Sequence record: ON470598
Source of the DNA: Escherichia phage vB_EcoS-569R4
Length of the DNA: 37,380 bases
Reading direction: 5' to 3' (one strand)
Part shown: piece after piece, positions 8,080 through 16,337 of the stretch
Layout of the letters: every line of letters begins with the position of its first letter
Numbering within the stretch: position 1 is the first letter of the stretch
The notes under the pieces: generated by a model
What the model was told of the DNA's origin: nothing
The model's input: only the letters and a program-made list of their open reading frames with translations
Databases searched by the model: none
Translations under genes and position numbers: made by a program

Positions 8080-8465
8080 AGCTGATCCTGCCTTTTCCGC
8101 CCAGCGTGAACACGTACTGGCGACACCCCAACAAAGGGGCGTTTGCTGGTAAGAGCCTGATAAGCGCGGCGGGGCGAAAATTCCAGAGCGCGGCGTGCGC
8201 AGCAATAGTTGAGCAGTTACGTCGTCTGCCGAAACCAACGTCGGCACCTGCTTCAGTGGAGATCGTGTTGTTTCCTCCGGATAACCGGATCCGCGATCTG
8301 GACAACTATAACAAGGCGCTGTTTGACGCCCTGACCCACGCGGGTGTGTGGGAGGACGACAGTCAGGTGAAAAGAATGCTGGTGGAGTGGGGACCGGTTA
8401 TCCCGGAAGGGAAGGTCGAGATCACTATCAGTAAGTATGAGAAAACGGCGGGTGCAGCCGCCTGA
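8076..8465 (+). CDS. rusA: RusA-family Holliday junction resolvase
   Basis: 129 aa with a RusA-like N-terminus (MKLILPFPPSVNTYW) and an acidic cluster (DLDNYNKALFDAL); typical nin-region position. Confidence 0.85.
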   Translation: MKLILPFPPSVNTYWRHPNKGAFAGKSLISAAGRKFQSAACAAIVEQLRRLPKPTSAPASVEIVLFPPDNRIRDLDNYNKALFDALTHAGVWEDDSQVKRMLVEWGPVIPEGKVEITISKYEKTAGAAA

Positions 8466-8483
8466 TCAAGAGGAGAAACGAAG

Positions 8484-9282
8484 TATGAATAATCTGATGG
8501 TCATTGATGGTATTGAAGTTCGTCGTGATGCTTATGGTCGTTACAGCCTGAACGATCTGCACAGGGCTGCTGGTTCTCTGGATAAGCATAAGCCCGCATT
8601 CTGGCTCCGCAATGAGCAAACTGAACGCTTAATAAGCGAGTTGCAGATTTGCAACTCGGTCAATATAGCGCCAGTTAATGTCATTCGTGGTGGAAATAAC
8701 CAGGGAACGTATGTCTGCAAGGAACTGGTGTATGCCTATGCAATGTGGATCAGCCCGTCATTCCATCTGAAGGTGATCCGTACTTTCGACATGGTAACCA
8801 GCGCACCGGAAAAATTATCCGGACAGGCTGCTGACAAGATGCAGGCTGGTGTGATTCTGCTGGACTTTATGCGCCGGGAATTAAACCTGTCTAACTCTTC
8901 AGTGCTTGGTGCCTGTCAGAAACTCCAGGAGGCTGTTGGCTTACCGAATCTGGCACCGCGCTATGCCATTGATGCTCCTGCTGACGCGCCTGATGGCTCA
9001 AGCCGCCCCACGCTGTCACTGAGTGCACTGCTGAAGCAGTATGGTATCCGCCTGACAGCTAATCAGGCATATCACCAGATGGTGAAGCTGGGGATCGTCG
9101 AGCAGCGCGAACGATACAGCCGTACCGCGATTAACAACATCAAAAAATTCTGGTCGCTGACAGCGAAAGGCTGCATGTTCGGCAAGAATATCACCAGTCC
9201 CGCAAATCCGCGCGAGACGCAGCCGCATTTCTTCGAATCCCGATTCCCTGAGCTGTTAAAGCTGCTCGATACCGTTCATTGA
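8484..9282 (+). CDS. KilA-N domain protein (antirepressor-like)
   Basis: Track ORF trimmed to the ATG at 8484 with AGGAGA 7 nt upstream; N-terminal region (VIDGIEVRRDAYGRYSLNDLHRAAG...) resembles the KilA-N domain. Confidence 0.7.
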
Positions 9283-9283
9283 G

Positions 9284-10279
9284 GTGACCGTGAGAGCACT
9301 ACTGACCCCTGAAATTGCCCCGCGTATGGGGATCGTATTGTTCAGGCCAGGTTCAGAGTTGATGCCCCTGTTTATGCAGGGGCGTGTCCTGCTGGAGCCT
9401 GAGCCGGAACGTTATTCATCTTTCGCCAGTGGTGCAGTTCCGGCGGCATCACAACCGCTGGCGGATGATCCTGCCGTTCGGGCCGTGTTCCGCAATGAGG
9501 CAGTGATCCGTCGTGCTGGTGGCGTGGAATGTCTTGAAAGCTGGTTACTTCGTGAAAAAGGCTGCCAGTGGCCTCATTCCGACTGGCACAGCGAGAACAT
9601 GACCACAATGCGACACGCTCCGGGCGCAATCCGTCTGTGCTGGCACTGCGATAACCAGCTGCGCGATCAGTTCACGGAACGGCTGGAATCAATGGCAACG
9701 GATAACTGTGCCCGCTGGGTGTTGTCTGTTGTGCGTCGGGATCTCGGTTTTGATGACAGTCACGTTGTGACAATGCCGGAACTGTGCTGGTGGCTGATTC
9801 GTAATGATCTGGCGGATGCCTTACCGGAAAGTGCAGCCCGTAAGGCACTGAGATTACCGAAGCCTGTTGTGCCGTCTGTTACCCGGGAAAGTGACCTTGT
9901 GCCTTCGGTTCCTGCCACCAGCATCATCCAGGATAAGGCGAAAAAGGTGCTGGCGCTGAAAGTGGATCCGGAGTCGCCGGAGTCTTTTATGTTACGCCCA
10001 AAACGTCGCCGCTGGGTTAATGAAAAGTACACGCGCTGGGTTAAGACACAGCCGTGTGCATGTTGTGGAAAGCCCGCTGATGATCCCCACCACCTGATAG
10101 GTCACGGTCAGGGTGGAATGGGAACAAAAGCGCATGACCTTTTTGTGTTGCCTTTGTGCAGAAAGCATCACGACGAGCTGCATGCGGATACCGTGGCATT
10201 TGAAGAGAAGTATGGCTCCCAGCTGGAGCTGATATTTCGTTTTATCGATCGTGCGCTGGCAATTGGCGTGCTGGCCTGA
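9284..10279 (+). CDS. DUF968-like nin-region protein with Cys/His cluster (possible HNH-like nuclease)
   Basis: 331 aa, GTG start; C-terminal CACCGKPADDPHHLIGHG...CRKHHDELH cluster; family assignment from memory. Confidence 0.55.
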   Translation: MTVRALLTPEIAPRMGIVLFRPGSELMPLFMQGRVLLEPEPERYSSFASGAVPAASQPLADDPAVRAVFRNEAVIRRAGGVECLESWLLREKGCQWPHSDWHSENMTTMRHAPGAIRLCWHCDNQLRDQFTERLESMATDNCARWVLSVVRRDLGFDDSHVVTMPELCWWLIRNDLADALPESAARKALRLPKPVVPSVTRESDLVPSVPATSIIQDKAKKVLALKVDPESPESFMLRPKRRRWVNEKYTRWVKTQPCACCGKPADDPHHLIGHGQGGMGTKAHDLFVLPLCRKHHDELHADTVAFEEKYGSQLELIFRFIDRALAIGVLA

Positions 10280-10296
10280 TTTTGTGGAGAAAGTTG

Positions 10297-10638
10297 ATGC
10301 GTGATATGTATGAAGTATTGGACCGCTGGGGTGCATGGGCTGCAGCAGATAACAGTGGTGTGGACTGGCAGCCTGTTGCTGCAGGGTTTAAAGGTTTACT
10401 ACCTCATGGAAAGAAAACACGCCAACAATGCGATGATGATGAAGGAATCATGATTGACAGCTGTGTTGCGCGATTGCGGAAATATAAGCCCGAAGAGTAT
10501 GAGTTGGTTATTGCTCATTTTGTTATCGGCATCTCACTAAGAGCTATTGCAAAGAAGCAGAAGTGTTCTGATGGGACAATAAGAAAAGAGTTGCAAACAG
10601 CTCTTGGTTTTCTGGATGGTGTGCTTTCAATGTTGTAA
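10297..10638 (+). CDS. Q: late-gene antiterminator Q (small Q family)
   Basis: Track ORF trimmed to the ATG at 10297 (GGAGA 6 nt upstream); VLDRWGAWAA...GFKGLLP and a Cys-rich segment resemble the phage antiterminator Q family; last gene of the rightward early operon. Confidence 0.75.
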   Translation: MRDMYEVLDRWGAWAAADNSGVDWQPVAAGFKGLLPHGKKTRQQCDDDEGIMIDSCVARLRKYKPEEYELVIAHFVIGISLRAIAKKQKCSDGTIRKELQTALGFLDGVLSML

Positions 10639-10643
10639 TATTA

Positions 10644-10666
10644 GGGGGAATTACCCCCCTTTTTTT
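10644..10666. terminator. strong intrinsic terminator hairpin (GGGGG-aatta-CCCCC(C) followed by T7) directly after Q and overlapping the stop of the convergent membrane-protein gene
   Basis: 5-6-bp all-GC stem, 5-nt loop, T-run at 10660-10666; sits between the two convergent units. Confidence 0.7.
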
Positions 10667-11199
10667 CTCTGTTGCTTTAATAAAATTTTAATATTTTGTC
10701 TGATTATGATGAGGCAATGTAATAAAAGAAATACCGTTAGTATTGCAAGCCATACGCAAAATAAGCATGCATATAAATTAGTTGAAAGTCCAATAGTGAA
10801 TTGTGCAATTGCTGTTGTGATAGAACATAATATTGATGTATTAATAAATGAGGATAAATTGTCTAAAGGTTTATAAAGTACACTATCATTGATTTTGTCA
10901 ATAGGTATACCAGTGGCAATGCTATAAATTTCCTTATATTCCTGAGTTGCAAAAACCTTATCGCGTAAATTTATTATGACAAAGGTATGCAGGCTCAATA
11001 AAAATGAACCCACGGAAATAAAACCGGAGAAGAGATAGCCTCGTAAGTTTTTATGATAAAAATCAAAAAAGTTAACACTTACTTTAGGTGTGTTTCTGTA
11101 CAATAGGTAAAGTGCAAGCAATGCCAGGATCGAGAATGCAAGCAGTGTAATGTACTGATACCTCAATCTTTTATTTATTAGCCATTCATATAAAGGCAT
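10651..11199 (-). CDS. small integral membrane protein with four predicted TM helices (182 aa); downstream gene of the AT-rich cassette
   Basis: Hydrophobic stretches at about aa 16-34, 56-76, 125-146 and 150-172, with a basic C-terminal tail (KQQRKKGG); very AT-rich; start overlaps the upstream gene by 14 nt. Confidence 0.65.
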   Translation of the reverse strand: MPLYEWLINKRLRYQYITLLAFSILALLALYLLYRNTPKVSVNFFDFYHKNLRGYLFSGFISVGSFLLSLHTFVIINLRDKVFATQEYKEIYSIATGIPIDKINDSVLYKPLDNLSSFINTSILCSITTAIAQFTIGLSTNLYACLFCVWLAILTVFLLLHCLIIIRQNIKILLKQQRKKGG

Positions 11200-12112
11200 T
11201 TTTATTCGTCCCGTTCAGCATTTCTTCTTTTATCATATCAAAAACAGGGTTTGTTGTATAATTATCGTTTGTCAATCCATTGACTTTATCGGCAATTATA
11301 TCGAAATCGTATGTTTCAAAAAAAACAGGGCAGTTCATAAAATCAATGGTTTTTTCTATTCCTGCATGGTTTACTGCAATAACCTGTGCTTTAGCAACTC
11401 CACTCATAGAATTATAAATATTTGAAAGATTCTGAGATAGTTGTTGCACTTTTGTTCTGTCGCTAGAATTAAAATTCATATCTATTGTGGTGGTGTTAAC
11501 AAATTGTTCAAGCGCAGTCATTGGTCCACCTTTAAAATCTATATAATTAAATTTAAAGCTTGTGCTTTTAATCTCTTTGAATTGACATAAAACACTCTGA
11601 ATGTTGTTTTTATTTGTCATAAGGCTGAAAGTCAGTCTTTCTTTGTATTTTTTATTTATTGCAGTTACTTCTTTTTGTTTTGGTTTATCACCAAGTTTTT
11701 TTATTTCTTCTTTATTTTGATTTCTGATAAATTCATTACTTATTGTTTCTAAATGAGAAAAGAGAGTGTTCAGACTGCATGAACCGTGGTGATACATATA
11801 GAGACCAGAAAGATTAGATTTTTTAATTAAGAAAAAGTTGAAATTAGCAAGTTTGTCACTTCCTTGAAGATCTTCAATTTTAAGCTGGAATTTACCATCA
11901 ACAAATTGCGACTTACAGTTCTTTTTTTGGTTTCTGAATGTGACAACTAATCCATAATAGAAATCATTCACATCCGAAATGAGAATTTTACGAGTATAGT
12001 CTGTGCGACTGTGTTCTCTGTTTGATGCGTTGATAAAAGCATTCATTACGTCAACGGTATTAATATTTTTGTTATTGTTATTTATTGTAAATCCTATGCT
12101 TCTAACTTTCAT
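11186..12112 (-). CDS. hypothetical soluble protein (308 aa), Asn/Lys-rich; upstream gene of the AT-rich cassette
   Basis: Long uninterrupted ORF in a strongly AT-rich block; no Walker, HNH or PD-(D/E)xK motif recognised; co-directional with and overlapping the membrane-protein gene. Confidence 0.65.
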   Translation of the reverse strand: MKVRSIGFTINNNNKNINTVDVMNAFINASNREHSRTDYTRKILISDVNDFYYGLVVTFRNQKKNCKSQFVDGKFQLKIEDLQGSDKLANFNFFLIKKSNLSGLYMYHHGSCSLNTLFSHLETISNEFIRNQNKEEIKKLGDKPKQKEVTAINKKYKERLTFSLMTNKNNIQSVLCQFKEIKSTSFKFNYIDFKGGPMTALEQFVNTTTIDMNFNSSDRTKVQQLSQNLSNIYNSMSGVAKAQVIAVNHAGIEKTIDFMNCPVFFETYDFDIIADKVNGLTNDNYTTNPVFDMIKEEMLNGTNKNAFI

Positions 12113-12190
12113 GTGTATTCCAGGACCGACTAAAGATAGCGAGAATGGGGACGCATAGTTTATAAAAACCCTAACGCGTACGCAAAAAGT

Positions 12191-12196
12191 ATTATA
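12191..12196 (-). promoter_or_regulatory. perfect -10 hexamer TATAAT on the minus strand ~80 nt upstream of the cassette start (candidate cassette promoter; -35 is weak)
   Basis: Plus-strand ATTATA at 12191-12196 is TATAAT on the minus strand; no convincing TTGACA at 16-18 bp spacing. Confidence 0.3.
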
Positions 12197-12233
12197 TCGT
12201 GTTAAGAGTGGTTACTTCGCCACACAACTTAAA

Positions 12234-12255
12234 CCCGCCGCTGAGCGGTTTTTTT
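12234..12255 (+). terminator. putative intrinsic terminator (short GC stem then T7); candidate tR'-like terminator of a short late-promoter transcript
   Basis: CCGC-tga-GCGG stem followed by TTTTTTT (12249-12255), flanked upstream by AAA; weak stem. Confidence 0.4.
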
Positions 12256-12376
12256 GTACCTGTAAACCTGGTGCAGTACAGTAAACACGCTGGTGGTCGT
12301 GAATACTGGCTTTTTATCTTGCTGGCTTTTTAGACAAGAGTTATTGGTATGTCATGTTAACCAGAAGGAAAAAAAC

Positions 12377-12580
12377 ATGCTAAAACAGCAAGATATGACA
12401 GAAACCGCCGCCGCAGTCCTTCATTTCTTACCTGCTGACAAGTGGGTAACGCCACGCATGATGACGAGAACTATCGGAGTAAGCGAAGCCCGGTGCCAGT
12501 TAATACTGACTCAGTTAGTTCTGGCGGGTCTGGCGAAGGATAACGGCGGGTACGGGAATAAATTCAGACGCTGCCAGTAA
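12377..12580 (+). CDS. small winged-helix-like DNA-binding protein (67 aa), upstream of a methyltransferase
   Basis: Track ORF trimmed to the ATG at 12377 with AAGGA upstream; HTH-like segment (TRTIGVSEARCQLILTQLVLAGLA). Confidence 0.45.
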   Translation: MLKQQDMTETAAAVLHFLPADKWVTPRMMTRTIGVSEARCQLILTQLVLAGLAKDNGGYGNKFRRCQ

Positions 12581-12730
12581 TGGCGGTTTCCTGCTGTGAA
12601 AATGGGCGGCTGGTGGGTGTTGGTAGCACCTGCCAGCCATTCGCTCATGCTTACTGGTCACAAGCGAACCACGGCCCACTGCTTTAGCGCAAAAGCAGAG
12701 TGAGCCTACCAGAGTTACGCTTACTGATCC

Positions 12731-13783
12731 ATGAAAAATACTGTAAAAATAAACAGTGTTGATTTAATCAACGCTGATTGCCTGCATTTTATTCAGTCCC
12801 TGCCTGATGATTCCATTGACCTGATTGTTACCGATCCGCCTTACTTCAAGGTGAAACCCAACGGTTGGGACAATCAGTGGAAAGGGGACGAAGATTACCT
12901 TAAGTGGCTGGACCACTGTCTGGCCCAGTTCTGGCGGGTGTTGAAACCTGCCGGAAGCCTTTACCTGTTCTGTGGGCATCGCCTGGCATCTGATATTGAG
13001 ATCATGATGCGTGAACGTTTCAACGTGCTTAACCATATCATCTGGGCGAAGCCGTCCGGACGTTGGAATGGGTGTAATAAAGAAAGTCTGCGCGCATATT
13101 TTCCTGCCACAGAGCGCGTTCTGTTTGCTGAACATTACCAGGGGCCATATCGTGGCAAAAGTGACGGCTATGCGGCAAAAGAAAGGGAACTCAAACAGCA
13201 CATAATGGCACCGCTGATATCGTATTTCAGTGATGCTCGTGCCGAACTGGGTATAACGGCAAAACAAATTGCCGAAGCCACAGGTAAGAAAAATATGGTT
13301 TCCCACTGGTTTGGTGCCAGTCAGTGGCAGTTGCCGAATGAGGCTGACTATCGGAAGTTACAGGCACTGTTTTCCCGTATAGCGGCAGAGAAGTTTCAGG
13401 AACAACAACTGGAACAACCACACCACCAGCTGGTGGCATCTTATGATTCACTGAATCGCAAATATTCTGAATTGCTGGATGAGTTTAAATCTCTCCGGCG
13501 CTATTTCTCCGTATCAGTCTCCGTGCCTTATACCGATGTCTGGATGCATAAACCCGTTCAGTTCTACCCGGGTAAACATCCGTGTGAGAAACCGGCGGAT
13601 ATGCTCAGGCAAATAATCAATGCCAGTAGTCGACCTGGTGATCTGGTTGCTGATTTTTTTATGGGATCCGGTTCCACAATAAAAGCAGCAATGGCGCTGG
13701 GGCGTCGGGCCTTAGGTGTTGAGCTTGAGTCAGAGCGGTTTAACCAGACAGTGAAAGAGATAAACGAGCTGGTGGGGAAATAA
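12731..13783 (+). CDS. DNA methyltransferase, N6-adenine/N4-cytosine class with DPPY motif (orphan, no cognate endonuclease seen)
   Basis: 350 aa with the catalytic motif IVTDPPYF near the N-terminus and a C-terminal AdoMet-binding-like region ([13 protein letters not shown]). Confidence 0.85.
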
Positions 13784-13850
13784 TCTGGTGGCCACGTCAG
13801 GTGGCCTTTTTATTTCCATTACACAGCACCCGCATCTGCGAGGTGGGGTT

Positions 13851-14066
13851 ATGAAATCCATGGATAAGTTAACAACGGGTGTCGCCTATGGCACCTCAGC
13901 AGGTAGTGCCGGGTACTGGTTTTTACAGTTGCTCGATAAAGTCACGCCCTCACAGTGGGCGGCAATAGGTGTGCTGGGTAGTCTCGTATTTGGCCTGCTG
14001 ACGTACCTGACAAACCTTTATTTCAAGATTAAAGAAGATAAGCGCAAGGCTGCGAGAGGTGAATAA
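13851..14066 (+). CDS. S: class II holin, phage 21 S-type pinholin with dual-start motif
   Basis: Track ORF trimmed to MKSMDKL...; closely matches phage 21 S as I recall it ([13 protein letters not shown]...[11 protein letters not shown]...YLTNLYFKI); Met1 and Met4 give antiholin and holin starts. Confidence 0.85.
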
Positions 14067-14563
14067 TGCCTCCATCATTACGAAAAGCAGTTGCTGCTGC
14101 TATTGGTGGCGGAGCAATTGCTATAGCATCAGTGTTAATCACTGGCCCAAGTGGTGACGATGGCCTGGAAGGTGTCAGCTACATACCATACAAAGATATC
14201 GTTGGCGTATGGACTGTATGTCACGGACACACCGGAAAAGACATCATGCTCGGTAAAACGTATACCGAAGCAGAATGCAAAGCCCTCCTGAATAAAGACC
14301 TTGCCACGGTTGCCAGACAAATTAACCCGTACATCAAAGTCGATATACCGGAAACAACGCGCGGCGCTCTTTACTCGTTCGTCTACAACGTGGGTGCTGG
14401 CAATTTCAGAACATCGACGCTTCTTCGCAAAATAAACCAGGGCGATATCAAAGGCGCATGTGACCAGCTACGTCGCTGGATATACGCTGGCGGTAAGCAA
14501 TGGAAAGGCCTGATGACTCGTCGTGAGATTGAGCGTGAAGTCTGTTTGTGGGGGCAACAATGA
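14066..14563 (+). CDS. R: SAR endolysin (signal-anchor-release lysozyme, phage 21 R-type)
   Basis: Gly/Ala-rich N-terminal SAR segment ([18 protein letters not shown]) followed by a lysozyme catalytic region ([12 protein letters not shown]...VWTVCHGHT); start overlaps the holin stop. Confidence 0.9.
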   Translation: MPPSLRKAVAAAIGGGAIAIASVLITGPSGDDGLEGVSYIPYKDIVGVWTVCHGHTGKDIMLGKTYTEAECKALLNKDLATVARQINPYIKVDIPETTRGALYSFVYNVGAGNFRTSTLLRKINQGDIKGACDQLRRWIYAGGKQWKGLMTRREIEREVCLWGQQ

Positions 14564-15027
14564 GCAGAGTAACCGCGATTATCTCCGCTCTGGTTATCTG
14601 CATCATCGTCTGCCTGTCGTGGGCGGTCAATCATTACCGTGATAACGCCATCGCCTACAAAGAACAGCGGGATAAAAAAGTCAGTGAGCTGAAGCAGGCG
14701 ACCGCCACCATTACTGACATGCAGCAACGCCAGCGTGCTGCTGATGTACTCGATGCTAAATACACGAAGGAGTTGGCTAATGCGAAAGCTGAAAATGATG
14801 CTCTTCGGCGCAAGCTTGATAATGGTGGTCGGGTGCTCGTCAAAGGAAAATGCTCTGTGCCATCCGCAGCCGAAACTTCCAGCGCCTCCGGCATGGGCAA
14901 TGATGCCACCGTCGAACTCTCTCCAGTTGCTGGACGAAACGTTCTCGGTATCCGGGACGGAATCATCAGAGACCAGACAGCACTGAGAACGCTTCAGGAA
15001 TATATCAGGACGCAATGCCTTCGATGA
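14560..15027 (+). CDS. Rz: Rz i-spanin (inner-membrane spanin)
   Basis: Track ORF trimmed to the ATG at 14560, overlapping the endolysin stop; N-terminal TM segment then a coiled-coil-like periplasmic region. Confidence 0.75.
   Translation: MSRVTAIISALVICIIVCLSWAVNHYRDNAIAYKEQRDKKVSELKQATATITDMQQRQRAADVLDAKYTKELANAKAENDALRRKLDNGGRVLVKGKCSVPSAAETSSASGMGNDATVELSPVAGRNVLGIRDGIIRDQTALRTLQEYIRTQCLR
14780..14986 (+). CDS. Rz1: Rz1 o-spanin (outer-membrane lipoprotein) embedded in the +1 frame of Rz
   Basis: Internal ATG at 14780 with GAAGGAG upstream; signal peptide ending in lipobox-like VVGC followed by a Pro-rich segment ([11 protein letters not shown]); wholly inside Rz. Confidence 0.7.
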   Translation: MRKLKMMLFGASLIMVVGCSSKENALCHPQPKLPAPPAWAMMPPSNSLQLLDETFSVSGTESSETRQH

Positions 15028-15201
15028 TAGCGATAATTTTACTCATCATCCTTCACATTTGGCTCTGTAGACAGGGTGGTGATCACTTCTGGAGTGAATC
15101 CAGATTAAACATCTCATTGCTGATGCTTGAAGTTGAGCATCTGGCGCGCGGTAAGGGGCTGCGTTGAGATAAGAGCCAGTCATTACAAATACCAGGATTT
15201 A

Positions 15202-15225
15202 GCCTCGTATTCGCGGGGCTTTTTA
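15202..15225 (+). terminator. putative intrinsic terminator downstream of the lysis cassette
   Basis: GCCTCG...CGCGGGGC stem-loop followed by TTTTT. Confidence 0.35.
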
Positions 15226-15655
15226 TTGCCATTACAAAAGCCACTCCCTACAGAGTGGCTTTGATAATGGCTTATACCCTACACGGGATAACTTAACTGA
15301 TATCCCTTTTAACGGATAAAGGTATTCAAGCCTGACACATCATGCGCTGTATCGTCGCCGTATTCCCGTATTAACAGAGACCGTAGCCCGACGGGGAACT
15401 CCTTCTGCGAGAGTGTGCGGGAATAATCAAAAACGATGCACACCGGGTTTTTACCGCGTTTATGGTTCGCGGGTTTGTCCCTCATGCTCGCCAGTCCTGT
15501 GCGGGGGTGGAAGAAACAGGATACTCACACAGATTCTTGTGGGCACGATGTTATTCCTTTCTGGATTATCCCGATGCCATTCATGCAAGGCGCTGTATCA
15601 GACGTTCGTCATGGCTGTCAGGCTGACGGGTCCTCCCGGTGGGGTGGTCTGCCAC

Positions 15656-15673
15656 GGGGCGGGAGCGTCGCGG
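15656..15673. other. cosN-like cohesive-end site (GGGGCGGGAGCGTCGCGG)
   Basis: Close match to the lambda cos core GGGGCGGCGACCTCGCGG as I recall it, ~187 bp upstream of a Nu1-like small terminase gene; TTCGTCAT elements at 15604-15611 and 15699-15706 flank it. Confidence 0.5.
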
Positions 15674-15842
15674 AAAAAGGCTAGTTTTTGAAATTTCATT
15701 CGTCATCACCACTATTATAATATATTGATATTACAGTGGTTTTATTTTTGTGGTGTCGATTTTGATTGTTTTTTGTTCATCACCAACACCGTTTGCCTAA
15801 AGTTGTTCGCAAGATGCATGTTTAAAACATTCTGGAGCGGGT

Positions 15843-16337
15843 ATGGATCGAGAGTTAAAAAATCTGACGCTGAATATTAGTCAACTGGCGGCACTGTCAG
15901 GTGTACATCGCCAGACTGCTGCGGCAAGGCTGCAAAATCTACCCGTTGCAGGGGGGCATGAAAGCAACCTCAAGCTTTATCGGGTGGTTGATATTGTGTC
16001 GGCATTTCTGGCATTACCACCGCCGGTTGCAGAAGGCGAAATGGACGCGCATGAGCGCAAAGCCTGGTATCAGTCTGAACGTGAGCGTCTTAAGTTCGAA
16101 CAGGAAACGGCACAACTCATTCCGGCCAGTGATGTCAGACGGGAGTTTGCCATCTGGGCAAAAGCGGTCGTGCAGGTGCTGGAGACATTACCGGATATTC
16201 TTGAACGTGACTGCGGTCTGCAGCCTGCCGCTGTGAGCCGTGTTCAGTCCATTATTGATGATCTGCGCGATCAGATAGCCCTGCGGGTGACTGAAGCAGG
16301 TGCGGATGATGAGGAGGAATTACAGCAGGAGGAGTAA
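15843..16337 (+). CDS. terminase small subunit (Nu1-like, N-terminal HTH)
   Basis: 164 aa immediately upstream of and ATGA-overlapping the large terminase; N-terminal HTH-like segment (LNISQLAALSGVHRQTAAARL) and acidic C-terminus. Confidence 0.75.
   Translation: MDRELKNLTLNISQLAALSGVHRQTAAARLQNLPVAGGHESNLKLYRVVDIVSAFLALPPPVAEGEMDAHERKAWYQSERERLKFEQETAQLIPASDVRREFAIWAKAVVQVLETLPDILERDCGLQPAAVSRVQSIIDDLRDQIALRVTEAGADDEEELQQEE

Noticed and set aside
10644-12255. Assigning the AT-rich cassette to Kiwa (KwaA/KwaB) or to RexAB by name
   Set aside because: Component sizes and the four-TM partner resemble both, but the gene order is the reverse of Kiwa and I cannot verify sequence similarity to RexA/RexB from memory; kept as an unassigned candidate.
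14383-15015. 210-aa minus-strand ORF overlapping Rz/Rz1 and the endolysin 3' end
   Set aside because: Antisense to a well-supported lysis cassette; no SD; most parsimoniously an open frame within coding sequence rather than a gene.
15413-15691. ORFs 15413..15691 and 15436..15684 in the region between the lysis cassette and cos
   Set aside because: Overlapping alternative frames with no SD and non-protein-like composition, spanning the predicted cos site; treated as non-coding.
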